Shown: positions 1 through 15,898, numbered from the stretch's first letter. The stretch: 64,000 bases of DNA from Chlorokybus atmophyticus (GCA_009103225.1 RHPI01000797.1:433064-497063); one strand, 5' to 3'. Notes: generated by a model from the letters alone, not told the origin. Translations and numbers: made by a program.

Positions 1-203
1 TTGGGTTACGCAGCGTAACGAGCTCATAGGTTGCGACACCGTAATCTAGGGCTTCTCTCATGTCACGTGACGCGACGGACCACAACAGCATTGGCGGCGA
101 CGGAGAAGGAAGAGGAGGAGGAGAAAGAGGGGGAGAAGGAGACAGTGTGTGTAGAAGAGGAGCAGGTGGAGGAAATTTACTGCACCAGGAGCAAAGAACC
201 GGG

Positions 204-3200
204 ATGGAGGCAGCGGAGGAGGCAACTGAAGGCGCCTATCTTGGGGAAAACCATCTGAGGCAGATTACCGGAGAGGAGGTAAGACTCGCAGTGCCATAGA
301 TGAACGAATCAAAGTGCTCCGCGTTGCACATCCCTTTTGACTCATCAGAACAGAGTGGCTGCGACTACGACAATGCAAAGCAATGATGTGGCAACACGCA
401 TACGCAGCATTCGGTTGGAATGGTTTAGCTAGTAAACTGTAAACTTTGAAACCGTGACACAACAGCAATCCTAATCAACAAATGTGTTCGGTAGGATTTG
501 ACCCAAGTCTGCCAGTTGGAGCTGGTGGCTGACACTACCGAAGCTTCGTTGAGCGCCATTGGGGAGGTGAGAATTCAAGCAATATGTTACAAGTCCAGTA
601 TCTACTGCACCGTTGACCGTGTTGAACCTCAGAACTTGAGTAACCTTAAGCGTATGAAGTTGAGCGGCAGCAGCATTGAATCTGTCAGGTAAGTAAACTG
701 ATAAGTACCTTTCATGTGGATCCATTGTGTCCATGTATGAAATCAAAGTGGTTATTATATATCACCTTCCACGCAATGTTAGGCATCTTGGGACCGCTTT
801 GCGCAACCTTCAAGTTCTTTGGCTGGCGCGATGCGGGTTGCGGGTGAGTCATTGAAACATTATTCCCTTGCAAGAACAATGTTTGATGAGTGCAGTCAGT
901 CAGCCACATTACTTGCTTGCCCTTCGTAAAGGACCTGGAGGGGATAGCGGGGCTGCCGCAGCTGCGAGAGCTGTATGCTAGCTTCAACGATATCAGCGAC
1001 CTCGCACCCCTCTCAGATTCTAAGCATCTGCAGGTGATGCGCTACGTGTCAGTCGCTGTCATATGCACACATGCGCGTGCGCATGCACACCAACCAAGCA
1101 CATACACAAACAGACAGGTACACAGACAAGCTCACAACTGAGCACTGCATCACCGCAGGTTTTGGATATGGAAGCCAACCGTGTGGACGACATCGACGCG
1201 ATAGGGTTGTTCCTGTCCGATTGCAAGCAGCTCGTGACATTGACGCTGGAAGGAAATTTAGTGACAGCTCAGCCTCACTATCGTGGCCGTGTTTGCCAGA
1301 TGCTCAACCAGGTCTGCAAGACTGCGACACCTTCGCCTGCTTTGGCACAGACTTTTGCTTGTGATGCATATGAAAAAGCGTACTGGCGACGTGGCTGTAA
1401 ACAATAGAAACCAGCCAGCAGAGAACGATAGAATACATCACCGTCACTGTAGTACCACTCGGTATCACGTTGACATGGCAGCTGGTGCAAGAGCACTCAC
1501 TCATTGACTTAGCTCATTGTTTTCTTCACTTAGATATGGCAGCTGGTCCATACAAGTGCACTCACTCACTGGCTTACTTATCATTGTTCCATTTGTTACT
1601 GTGGTGCAGTTGGAACTATTGGACGAGCGGCCAGTTTCAGACTCAGACCGCCTTGCAGTGCCTTCAACCATGGACGAACAAGCTGGCAGCTCACAGTCCA
1701 CCGTGGAACAGGCAAATCCATCAGCTGGACCTGATCGAGAGTTGGCGCTAGTAGAGGACGGCATCAAGTACGCCAAGCCGGACGTTGCAACGGTATGGCT
1801 GCTTTCAGCCTTTGAATGCAATAGACGCACATGCATGCTCAAACATATAGATCTGTGCGTATGCACACTGAGAACCTGTCGAATGCTGTTCTCAACAGAT
1901 TGCAGATGACTGGTGGTCGCGCATTCAGTCGAGCTTGCCAAGTACATCGGTAAGCCACCCATATACCCAGCTATCGGGCAAGCACAACTGTAACAATCAC
2001 AGGGCTGTGGTGGATGTCGTCAACACACCTGTATGCCTGCAGGCGAGGCCGCAAAGTGCTCGTCCTCGCGGCCGGAGTGCCGAGTCCAGCTCCAGACCGA
2101 GCATCAGGCCTAGCACAGCATCAGCGAGACGCCCGCGATCATCTTGTGACGGGTACCTCATTAGATACCTATCGTTTTTATCTCCTATCCCATCTCTTGT
2201 TGATATACACTACTATTAACTTCAGGTTTCCACAACGACCATCAACAGCCCTCTGCTCACGGCCTGCCACACCTGGGCTGTTTTCTTTCACTATCAACAC
2301 ACGGATGCCAGCAAGCAAGACGTGAGTGCTTAGTGATCAGGAACGCAACTTACCCAAATGCAAGCAGGCACCGAGCTGAGATGTCGGTCTTTGTGTGTTG
2401 TGAAGGTTTGGTTTCACGGATGAAGACCGTGATGACGACTGCGCAAGTGACCTCACGTTTGGCAGCGATGCCGTGTTCTGCGGCAATCCAGGTACAGACT
2501 TGCAACATTTGCAAAACTCATACATACTGAGATTGCACCTCTTCTTGTGATATAGCAATGAGAAGGTTGGTAGTGATGTGTGATGCTCTGTGATGCTGCA
2601 GCTAAAGGACTGAGAAACCGGCATACGAGAGACAACGCCAACAACGGCTGTGACGATGCCAATGCGGACAACTTCGTTTTGAAAGCGCAGACTGTCTTGG
2701 ATGCAGAGCAAGCCCACGCTCAAATGCTGGAACACCTGCGCCTGTACAAGGTGAGCCAGTGGCATATGCAACTGCTTGCGGACATGCTGCCCACATCAGT
2801 ACTTTGCCGACATGCTGGATATGTGCAACAGATGGAATCTGCATTGGCCAATACAGCCATGGATGATGAGACGAGTGACGCCCCTCCCTGGGCTGAATCG
2901 CATGTCGAGGTAACCACCAGACTCTGTGCACACCCTTAAGCTTCAACACTGATGACAAATAAACCAGAGTTCAAGTTGTAAGCTGACCTGTTGTGTGCTC
3001 AGCGGGTCGATATCTGGCGATCAGACGAGTGCCAGGCAACAACAAGCACACAGTAAGTCATATCACGTAGGCTCAGTATCCATCATCAGCAAGTTGCATG
3101 CACCCTGCATTGAGACTGAGATTGTGTTGAATCTACTCAGGCCGGGCATGCTCGTTGCGAGTGTTGAAGCTGACAAGCAGCTGGTGGATAGTTATCCTGA

Positions 3201-3486
3201 GCGCAACAATCAAGCAAGCAGCACAAAGCCACATCAGCACTCTGCGCAAAAGCCGCCGCAGGGCAGGTTGCGAGCGAAGGTCTCCCAAGCAGCAGCGGTG
3301 GCGCGATCGTTAGATGAGATGGATCTCTCAGCCTCGGGGTGTGAACGACAGAGTATCAAGACGACACCACCGCCAACAGCGGAGAGCAAGCGCCTGCAAT
3401 TAAAACACAGCTTTGAGCAAATGCAGACCATTTACAGTCAGTCGCAAGTACCTCGCCGGACACTTGCACCACCAAGCACAGCGTAG
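204..3486 (+). CDS. LRRC56: Leucine-rich repeat protein LRRC56/ODA8 homolog (outer dynein arm transport/assembly factor), multi-exon
   Basis: Spliced exons give MEAAEE...ITGEE|DLTQVCQLEL...|NLSNLKRMKLSGSSIESVR|HLGTALRNLQVLWLARCGL|DLEGIAGLPQLRELYASFNDISDLAPL...|VLDMEANRVDD...LTLEGNLV, matching the LRRC56 LRR block. Exon 1 is 204-278 with a GT donor; exon 2 starts at 495. The low-complexity C-terminal exons and the stop at 3486 are less certain. Confidence 0.85.
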
Positions 3487-3919
3487 CTACTGGTGACCCG
3501 CTACTGCCTTGTTTGTAGTCAAGCGCTTGGGTCTTGCGTGCTGGGTCTTGTGTGCGCTGCATGCTTGGCTCTTCTCTTGCTGACTCACGCTTTGCACTGA
3601 GATGCCGTGTGCATGCGACGAGTTGAACCCAACAACAGCCAGCAGCAGCAGTTGATGTGAAACTGAAGTGCTTATGTTCTCATGCTCGTAAGCCATTCTT
3701 TCATTCCTTCTACACTTGACCTGAACCTGCGAGGGCAACAAGCAAAAACGTGTCTAGCTCTGAGCTGCACACGTCAGTCGCTGGTGCCGACCAACTGGCA
3801 GATGTTCTGAGCCAGCCAGCACCCTGCAGTCATACAAGCTTGCAGGAGGAGGGGAATGAACTGCAATGAAGCTTGTACGCAGCTCATAGAAAGTAGTTCT
3901 ATAATGGCTCTTTGTCAAG

Positions 3920-5110
3920 CAGCACAATTGCAAGCAGTTTAGCGAGTCTGCTTTTCCAGCAGGCCACACACGCGAAATGCGACATTCGCATAGCTTTCGG
4001 CCTCCTGTGCAAGCGCCTCCTGGCGTTCAAAAACTTGTGTTCGCGTCTCCATGAAGAACTGCTGAAGGTCATTGTCCATGGCGTTGAACTCCCTGCGCCC
4101 AAGAAGCACAAGTACTGGGACATGCGCAAGTACAGGTGACTAGTGGCTTTCTCTAGTTGGCGCAGGGGACATCAGTCACGCGTTCAGCAACACCAGGCAG
4201 CCTTCAGCTTGTGAGGTGACCACCTACCTGATGTTGGTGTCAACCATGTGCTGGGCTGTTTGCTGCGTCTGCTCCACAAGCTCTGCATGCCCAGCATGCA
4301 ACGCTCAACATTGTTAGAAATGCTGGAGCTTTGAAAAACGTTGCCTGCGTGCATTGCAGGCAGCTGACGTGCTAACCAGTCAATCTCAAGCTGTTGGTCA
4401 TCAGGCTATCTCATAACATGCACGTGGCGCACGTGCATGCTTGAAGCTTGTTATGAAGATTAGCAAGTGTCCTGCGCACTGGGACTCACCTCTCAGGATG
4501 GCTTCCAGTGTGTCAGCAAAAGACAGCTCCGTGTCCTTGCCTCCGCCGCTACCAGAGTCACGGTCGGCGTTCTCAGCGCCAAGACTAGCACGGCTGCTGA
4601 CCTTCTGCCCCCGCCCTGCCTGCTGCTGCTTGCCCAAGCTATGGTCGAGCTCGTCAATGCTGTCAAAGTCCATGGGGCTGCGAGCTTTAGCACCCTCCAC
4701 GTCCTGTCAAGCAGCATGTTCGAGCAAGTGCATACAGGCTTGCATTGCTTGCAGCTGAAAGGTTGAGCTGACAGGCCAGTTGCTAACGACTAATTGCTTG
4801 AGACAAAGATACACTATACTGCGTACACACACTGCACGCTGTGCACACATTGCTAGCACGCAAACAACATGCAAGCACGCAGCAATCAAGCATCCATCCA
4901 CAGAGCCTTTCAGCACACCATGCTTCCAGCAGCAGCAGCCAGGCGTCTGTGTCTGTTCCAGCACTGTTTGTGTGGCAGTCCGCAAGCGCCGCTCTGAACT
5001 AACAACCCGTTTCCCAACCCTTCCCAGCTCTGCAGAAGCAGATGGGACCGGCTGGTTGCAGTCAACCGCTGCTGCTGGCCTCTAGCCTCCTGGCAAGCTG
5101 ATGTTGTACG
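3920..5110 (-). CDS. Hypothetical multi-exon protein (no family recognised)
   Basis: Exon 4703-4490 (DVEGAKARSPMDFDSIDELD...SFADTLEAILR) has AG and GTGAGT boundaries. Further exon-like segments near 4345-4228 and 4100-3920 carry splice signals. Ends and frame continuity are unresolved. Confidence 0.4.
4519..4862 (+). repeat. 344-bp direct repeat, copy A
   Basis: Appears identical by eye to 10248-10591. Confidence 0.95.
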
Positions 5111-5903
5111 CAAGCGCAAGAGTGAACAGCGTTAGCCGCAATTGCCCTGCAGTAAGCCGATAAGCTGTTGCAGTTGCATGCACGCGCAGTGAGAGAAATG
5201 CGCCTGTTAAGGCCTCAGTTGCATGAGAGCCTCTGGCGGTGCGACGAAGTTGCACTCAAGAGCTCAGTTTGGCTGCGCTACTCACTTGTTGCTTGTTGTA
5301 CTCATGTCCCGCTCTTGCAGCACAGGCAGTCAGCAGTGGTAGATGAGGACCGGAAGGCAAGCAGGAGTGGCTGCCAACAACAAACTGTAAGTCGATACAC
5401 GAGTTTTTGGTTCACTTTAAGCAACACAAAGCATAGTACATTAACAGTGTAACAACAACATGTTGGCACTTGTGAATAGTACATTTTGTACCGATAAAAA
5501 AAGCTTTGTGTGCACACTTGCACTCTTGCTTTTGACATTGTAAATGAAAAAAATATTCTCAACAAACATTGTTAACATTTTCATTGCGTAAAACATAACA
5601 TGCTTTGCACTCGTCGGGCGTTGATATCCTTTCGATATCTTTTCGGTTACATTACATGCTAAAGTTTGCTATACTTTATTAGCGAAGCCTATTTCATATG
5701 ACACATTGATTTTATCGCACACATTACTTGCAGCGGTGATAGTATGGAGGTAGAGGATTATAACACGGACAAACACTGTGGCTTGATAATATGTGAAACA
5801 TCATCAGATTATGATGTTATGCCTTGATTGTAAAATGATCCCTTAGTGCACTATAGTGTATGATGATTGTTACAAAAACCTGCCATTGTAATATGATCAG
5901 AAG

Positions 5904-5935
5904 AAAACCTATCACGAATTGTGATAGGTTTTTTT
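5904..5935. other. Intrinsic-terminator-like hairpin inside an AT-rich island
   Basis: AAAACCTATCAC-gaatt-GTGATAGGTTTT: perfect 12-bp stem whose 3' end runs into a 7-T tract. Confidence 0.6.
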
Positions 5936-6693
5936 ATATTAATGATTGTCATTTCATGAGTATTGTTATTGGCTTTCTTGTTTATGCAGTGATCAACACA
6001 TAAACCACCAATTGTTTTGGAGGGAAAAACAACGTGGCGGAGGGTAAGATTAAGCATTTAGTAACTTATCGGTGATGCCCAATGCACACATGTGGCCGCA
6101 TCATGGGATCCAACCACACTTCATTATCTTAATGAACTATTGGCAATAATGTGAAGATTCCTTACATCATCTAGAGAACATCATTAGCAAATGTCTCATG
6201 TGCAAGCTCCACAAGATATGATAGTTGAAAAAGTGCGCCATGACTCATTGACTGCTAAGTTGACATGAGCAGTATTTGTAGAAAAGCGCATTGCTTCACA
6301 TGCTCAGGCGCAGCAACTGAATCGTCTTGTGTTCACTCATAAACAGTGGGTTAGGCACGGCAAGCACCCATGTGGACAAAATATGCGGAGTGCTGTTGTG
6401 CAACATACATGACGGTGTAATGTTGACATACCATGCACGGGGTTCATCACGCTAAGTGTATTTGTTTACACCATCATCCGGTTAACACACACTATCTTTA
6501 TGCATCCACTACTTGTAAAGCTTGCCCCCGTTTGCATGAAATAATGATGCAGTCACTCATGTAACTCAACATCTCTTTGAGATCAGAGAGAAACTAGTAC
6601 AGGCACCGGTCACAACAACTGCTCAAGCAGTAGCTAGCTTATTGGTACAGTGAATACGTACAGTGAATATGCACAAACAAGAACCCCAAAGGG

Positions 6694-9260
6694 TCAGCTG
6701 CTATCCCTGTTGCTGTTACGAACCGCCTCAGCTTGCCGAATGGGAACAAAGTATGGCAAGTCCATTGCTTCACGAGCAGTGATGCGTTCGGCATGGTTGT
6801 ATCGCAACATCTTGTCCAAAAACTCGATGGCCTGCCCAACACACAGCTGATGGGGACTGCATTGAGCACGTATGTACAAGCCACACATTGAACGTGCACT
6901 GACCGAGCATGAGTGTTGTACGTAAGTCATGGCTGTACCTCTGGAGAGACCAGATGCTGATTGTCGCTGTTGATGAACCTTGTCAATGGCTTGCGGCTGT
7001 GCGAACCTAATAGCGACTGCCATAATAAACACAGCCTGAGCACGTACTGTTTGGATGCACCAAAGCAACAGCCTACAAACACAGAAGTTAACAGAGCTAA
7101 CACCGGCTAACCTGTAGATGTGGGTCCAATTCTATTGAGTACTTGCGTGCATATGCCCACAACCCATCTGTGCCAAGCACCTGGACGCGACGAGAAAGCA
7201 ATTAGTGCACCAATACTCTCGCACACCATGTGGCAGTGTCGTTATATCATGCAAGTTAATGCAAGGATGTGCGGTAAGCGACTTTGCCTTGGCTATCTTT
7301 ACAAGTTGGTCGTTATTGTCATGTCCATGGAAGAACGGCTCTTTGCGGAATATCATTCCTGATAGGAACAGAAGTGAGACACTGAGTCAAGTGTATATTG
7401 CCAAGTGGTCAAGTGCTCGCATGAGTAAAAGCCTACCTCCAAACATGCAGCCCAGACTCCACATGTCCAGCGAGTAGTCATAGTCCTGTCGCACAAGGCA
7501 AAAAGCTTTGTTTTTGATTGTTTGCGGCGCCTTGTGTTGTGCCAATGACATGCAGACATGCATTGTAGAGAGCTGACCTGTAGGCCAATGAGAAGCTCTG
7601 GACCTTTGAAATAGCGGGAAGCTACCCGCACATTATACCTGTGGACGTGTGCATACGAATTCAATTGTTGCACCCGAGTCATCAAACCCACACCGCGCAC
7701 TGTCTAAAGATAAGCCATGCTGCATGCTAGCAAGCCATACAAGTGTTTGTGCAGAGCAATAGATGTTGATCGCTCATGGTGCAATGTTGACTCACGCAGA
7801 TCGCAGTTCAAGAGCTGTCACATGCTGCATACTAGCAATGCATACCATGCGCCTCAGTACTTACTCCTTGCCCGGGTGGTAGAACTCTGCTAGTCCCCAG
7901 TCTATTAGACACAGGCGTTTGTTGGCATGGTCTATCATGACCTGTACACGAACATTCCCATCAGCTTGGCACGATGCGGCACTTATCACCGGCACAGTAT
8001 CAAGCCCGGTAGCGCTCATGACCAGATACAAGAAGAAGAATGCTCACATTTTGCGGCTTGACATCACGGTGCATGATGCCTTGCGAGTGGCAGTAGTCCA
8101 GGGCCTGCGTAAACACGAGCTATGGTAACAGACAAATGCACAACTCAGGCCATTGTGGCCAACCGTTACAAACTTGCCTTAAGTAATTCGTACATGTAGT
8201 AGCGGATGTCATAGTCTGTAAGGGTGGGGTATAGCACTTTGAAGTCGGTGTTGTCGAGGTATTCAAATATCAAACTGACGGTCTTGGAGAACGGATCTCG
8301 CACGATGTCCAACAGCTTGACAATGTTGGGAGCATTACTCAGGTTCTGGAGGATCTTGATCTCACGGGTAATCTGTGCCAACCACCAGCATAAGTGACTA
8401 CTGCATCTTGCATGTGCTACTGCATGCGTGGCCATGAACATGCACATGCATGCGCACACACAGAATAACTTGCATGTGTACCTTCTCCTTCTTCTTGAGA
8501 GGCTTGAGAATCTTAACAATGCAACGCTCCCCATTGACCAAATTGACGCCCTCGAACACCTCACTGTATTTGCCCCGACCGACCTTTCGCACAACCTCGT
8601 AATTCTCCTGCGCAACGCAGCAGCAATAAGCCATGCATGCATGTGCACACGCATATGCAGCAGCACCTGCGCAGAATCAACTCTGCAACCAGGGGCACAT
8701 CCAAGCACCTTGCGTGATTGCAGCATGCAAGGACACTGTCACAAGGGCATCGCTGACAGTCTGAGTTGTTCGTTTGAATACCCCTCGTACCGTACACGTG
8801 TCCAAGCACTCAGCACTACCATGCAGTGCTGCATTCAGTGGTCACAGGCATGGCATGCAGCAATGCATCCTCGTGCCATACTGAATCGCTGCTTGAAAGC
8901 GTTCAAGACAATGCTGACGATGCCAACAAGGCCCATGCGCAAGCAGATCCCACTCGTATCGTCTCAAGCTGAGCCATGCATTTTACAATTGATCATGCAC
9001 AGAGGCCTGTCAATTGATCGCACCTGATTGCCCCACTGCACGGTGACATTCTCATAGTCCCAGTACTCTCTAGGCCGGTGGACGTTAATGTCGGCGTAGA
9101 CCCGCGCGCGGCTCTGCCTCATCACGCTCCCGACGCCGTTGCCGCCGTCGGCACCGCTGGGCACCACCGCCGCCGCCGTCGTTGTCGCAGCCGCCTTCAC
9201 CGCCACAGCAACAGCAGCACTGCCCCCGCCGGCCGACAACCTCCCCAGCCCACGCCTCAT
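6694..9260 (-). CDS. CK2A: Casein kinase II alpha subunit with Ala/Gly-rich N-terminal extension
   Basis: [23 protein letters not shown]|[92 protein letters not shown], and a stop after RDSS. Start could be ATG 9260 or 9122. Confidence 0.96.
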
Positions 9261-9345
9261 CCAGCAGCAGCCGCCGCCCCACCCCCCGGCATGGCAACTC
9301 CCCAGCGCACCCTCAACAACAACAACACCGACCACGACAGCAACA

Positions 9346-9366
9346 AAACCCTAGCCCTAACCCTAA
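9346..9366. promoter_or_regulatory. Telo-box/telomere-like (CCCTAA) repeat in the CK2A-MsrB divergent promoter
   Basis: AAACCCTAGCCCTAACCCTAA lies between two head-to-head ATGs 289 bp apart. Confidence 0.4.
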
Positions 9367-9548
9367 CACCGCCACGCAGCAGGCGACAACAATAACATTA
9401 CTGACAATGGCAATGCTGCCAACAACAACACTGCCGCAGCTGACAAGGACAGGAAGGGAAGTGCCAGCTTCCCGCAATATGGAGCCGCTAACGGAAGATC
9501 ATGTGCTATTCCGTTTGGGTGTTAGCTGGGGGTGTTGCCACGTGGCGC

Positions 9549-11517
<1,969 letters not shown>

Positions 11518-12577
11518 GGTTAATGTATTATATGTACAGACATTGTGTTGCTTGTAGTGTGCAATGAAAAAGTCAGGTCATAGCCATGGCATTAGGCCAA
11601 TTAGATTCATGAGTGCGGGTAGGATTTGCTTGTCACCCCCGTGTTGCTGTGATGTGCTGCTTGACAGCATAGGAATGTTTGGATTACCCTACATCATGCG
11701 CCCTTGGTTTATATGCCATGTAGGTTTGTTTTTGGTGACGTGCTTGTTTCGGTTTGTGTTCCCATACTCCGTATTGCACATTTAGGACATACTGCAAGTT
11801 GCATGTATATGTTAACTCGTTGGTTATGTGGTGGTGTGCGCGTGCGTGTGTGTGGCTAGATATGGTGACAGAACTGACAAACGGTCCATATACCTTTGTA
11901 TCGCAGTAGAGAGTTGTGGTTAACATGCATTCTTGCGCGTGTTGGCATGGACGACGCTGGCCTGCACGTCAGGCATGGCATAATTGCACACCTACCGCAT
12001 ACATTGTTGAACACCAGAAAGCATAGCATTCACTGTGCGTATCACCATGGGCGCACACAAGCAAACATGTGTACGCAATACAACTCAAACAACAGTTGTT
12101 CACACAAACGGGCTGGCCTAAGCCCCTAGACAACAAGCAAGAGTGGTATCACCGCGTGTGGGCGCTTGCAGCTTGTGCAGCCCACCACCGCCCCAACCCC
12201 GCACACCTGAACGCAAAGGACACGCAGTGAATTGCTTGGCGGGCAACTGCTCCGTGTGGCGCCGCCAACTTGTAGGGTTTCACAACTAGCTGTTGAATAC
12301 CTGCGACTTAGTGAACGAAATGGCTGCCAACAGTGGTGAGCGCAGGCCACGGTTAGAAGTCACAATAGCAAGTGGCAGCATTTCCACAATAGGTGCTGTT
12401 CATAGAACACCGTATACATTGGTAGATAGACAGTAGATGAGGAATCACGCAGCACGCTTGCAATCAACAGGTTAAACAGGTTTAATTGCACTTAGGTGCA
12501 TTCCCAAGGTTTTGCCAGAGATGTGCACCAGGTACATGCATCCTCTCACAGCCAATCTGCACATGTCTGCAGATCCC

Positions 12578-12611
12578 TTACCTTAAAGATTACCTTAAAG
12601 ATTACCTTAAA
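12578..12611. repeat. 12-bp tandem repeat (TTACCTTAAAGA) x~2.8
   Basis: Read directly from the sequence. Confidence 0.9.
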
Positions 12612-13086
12612 ACGCAAGTACGCCGTATGTGAGCTTATCCCCTAGCGTGGAGTCTGCTTGCAGAAATGAAGGAAGTTATGCATGGCTCAAGAAGCCATGC
12701 ACTGTGAACACGCCAACCGGCACAATCATAACTCCGCACATGACAGTTCAGGGTCATGATTGCGTTGGCCTGAATGGAGTGGCAAAGCGCGCGACCACAA
12801 CCAATCCATTACACCCAACAACCACACTACAGAAATAGCACAACCAAATGAGGCGTGTTTGGTGCTTGCTTTTACAACCATGGCATGGTTAATTAAGGGC
12901 CGTTCTGCCACTCCGAGTCAGCATGCGATGTGAGGAACACCACCCAGCATCTACATAGCTCTAAGACTCGCAGCATCAACACTGTTGCAGGAATGGGAAA
13001 TACCAAGCGTGCGCGCAATGAACCAGATCCACATGGAATAGTGGTACTGAACTACTACAGGTGCTACTCAGCAAGAGCTAGCTCCC

Positions 13087-15898
13087 TCATTTTTGAGGAA
13101 AGAGAGCCTCTACAAAGGTGGCAGGGTCGAAAGGTTGCAAGTCATCCATCGCCTCACCAACTCCAACAAACTTCACCGGGATCTTGAGCTCATCCACAAC
13201 GCTAACCTGCAAGCAGGAAGACACGAATGCTCAGCAAGCGCTAACACACTGCTGACTGTGCATGCCACTATACATGTGCATTTCCGTTTCGCGTTGTTTG
13301 TACACAGCACTCACACTACAAACCCAATCCCAATGTCTCCATGCGTGACCTACCACGCAACCGCCGCGGGCAGTGCCATCCAGCTTGGTGAGAACAATGC
13401 CGGTGACACCAACTTTCTGAAAGCACAGTAACGCGACTAGTTGGCTTTTAGCTGGTCAGATGCGTGTGCGCAAGACAGCTGGTTCATGCATACCTCTTTG
13501 AACTCTCGTGCTTGGTTCAACATGTTCAGCCCAGTGGTGCCATCCAGTACTAGCAGCACTTCCTGTGATGCGACAAGTTAAACCAAGCTGCAAAACCTGT
13601 GCATTCATCAACAAGAAAAAAATGTCCTGGGCACGAACAGCAACCATCCCTCATAACATCTCCAACACCTCACCTCGGGGCCACTGTCGCCGGCGGCTTT
13701 TGCTATGGACCTTTTGCACTTGCTCAACTCTTCCATCAGATTGTCATTTGTGTGTAACCCTGCAGTGCAACATGCGCTGAGGCCTTGAAGATGCTTGTAG
13801 AGCTGCATATGCAACCACCAACTGCAGCGCATAACTGTATGATTCTAACACAACACTTGCCAATGCTGCTGAGCACAGGTGATGGCAAGTTTTTAATTAT
13901 TGTGCTGTGCGTGCGATCACCAACCATCATGACAATGCATGTGCTTAGCATGCAACCATAATAGCACATGGGGGCTCTGGCGATACTTACTCCCTGAAGT
14001 ATCGCAGATGACAACATCAATGTCGCTGTCTTTTGCTCGCGCCTGTTGCACCGCCTCATAAAGCACTGTCAAGAAACAAGATGTGGAGATGTTGCACAAC
14101 AACCTGTGAACACTACTTGCAAACCGTTGCAAGGGCAGCACTCCGCAAGCACAAAAAGAAACCATAACCAGAATACCCATTGACTAGTAACCACCAACTC
14201 CAGCGACCATCAACACCAACCTGTAGCAGGCCGACTGTTGGCCTTAGAGTAAAACTGCGCACCGGCCCTTTCGGCCCAAGTACCGAGCTGCTCTACCGCA
14301 GCCGCACGGAACGTATCTCCAGCGCATAGCAGAACTTTGGTGCCATCTTTTGCAAACATGTGTGCCAGCTTTGCGATTGTTGTTGTTTTGCCCCCTCCGT
14401 TCACACCGACTACCATGATCACGCTTGGCCTGCCGGTGCCCAATGTCAGTAAGTGAGCTCTACATATGGTGATACACGCATGCTGTGTGAATTATTCACC
14501 CGCAATGACTTAACACAACTCACTTCTTGTCTAGTTGCAGTGAACTGCTACCAGCACCCTTCTCCAGCAAATCCACAATCGCTTGTTTTAAGGCGCTCTG
14601 ATACGCACCCGGGTTCAGTGTTGACAATGCTACCAGTTTGCATGCCAATGAAACAGACGACTGCAAATGAGAAGCGCCCTTGTGCCGACATGACAGCGCA
14701 ATATGCACAACATTTCATGCACAAGTGCTCGCAGGGTATTTGTTACACGTCAAGCAAGATTATGCAAGCAGTACACGCCAAAATGGCCACAGTGCCCTGG
14801 GTTGCGCTGAGGTTCATGCTGATCGAGTTGTCAACAAGTTGACTCTCGCACAGACTCACTGCTAACGAGGTGGTGTTGCAACAAAGGGGGCACAAAGTGT
14901 GCGGATGCACAAGCTCATGCAGTTGTACAAGTGCTTATGCAAAATGCACATTTTGCAAGCATTAGCCCACCTTTATGGCAGAACCACTCTTGACTTTTCC
15001 TCGCAAAATGCCCTGGCGCACTTCATCCACAATCTTGAGTGCAGTGCTCGGACCGAAATCTGCCACCAACAGCGCCTAGCCGCATGGCAAATGTGCACGT
15101 CATTCCGCAGTCAGTGCTGTCTGCATAGAAACAGATCGCGAAGCTTGTCACACGCCACAACAAGAGCGTGCTGAGCCCACAAGGGAACCCGCAGCATGTT
15201 TGCATTAACTATGCGCTGTAGCTTATGCAAAACTGCAACATGCAGCACTTAGCATGCGATGCTAGTGACAGCTGACAGCAATGTGAGCCGTTTTAAATTA
15301 ATAAGCATGCACACATAAATGCCGGTAAACATGCTCGCAGCAAGGCTCAATCTTGAAGAACATTTAACTTGACTCTGCAGCATTGTGAGGATGTTAGTGT
15401 TCACATGAAATTGACTGGAACACTGTCACAGTCATTCCTGTGCACAGTAAAGCTGTCACATCCACTCACACTATACAGGTCTTGTTTGTTGACAAACTGC
15501 ACAAATTGATATTCGGAAACCAATCTGCAGCTCACCTCTTCAAGCTCGTCAAGCATGTCGTCCGTTTCATTGAGCTTCCAGAAGGCGACCAGCTCGTCGA
15601 TAACGGCAAGATTCTGGCGGGTGCGGCTCATGCCATTGAAGACGCGGTCCAGGTCGGCCTTGGCCTTCTCCTTGAATACCCTGCCCAGGCGGCCCAGCAG
15701 CCCAGGCCCCTTGCTGCCGCCGCCCTGCTCCGCCCTAACCCCAATGACCCGAACGACTGCGCCCCCATCGCTACTGCTGCTCGCCTTCCTCAACGCCACC
15801 CTGCGCTTCCCAGATAACGGGACATCCACAAACAGACTTCCTGTGCCCACGGCCGCCGCCGCCGTGGACGCCGCCATGCTCGCTGCCGCTGGCGCCAT
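13087..15898 (-). CDS. cpFtsY: Chloroplast SRP receptor cpFtsY with transit peptide
   Basis: Ala/Ser-rich transit peptide, then [65 protein letters not shown]|[41 protein letters not shown], and FPQK-stop. Confidence 0.96.

Noticed and set aside
3899-4129. FLNARRRL resembling the TALE homeodomain WFINARRR
   Set aside because: The invariant Trp and the upstream helices are missing, and another frame fits the splice context at least as well.
11900-12360. Stop-riddled Trp-rich frame between MsrB and cpFtsY
   Set aside because: May be a decayed element, but no motif could be assigned.
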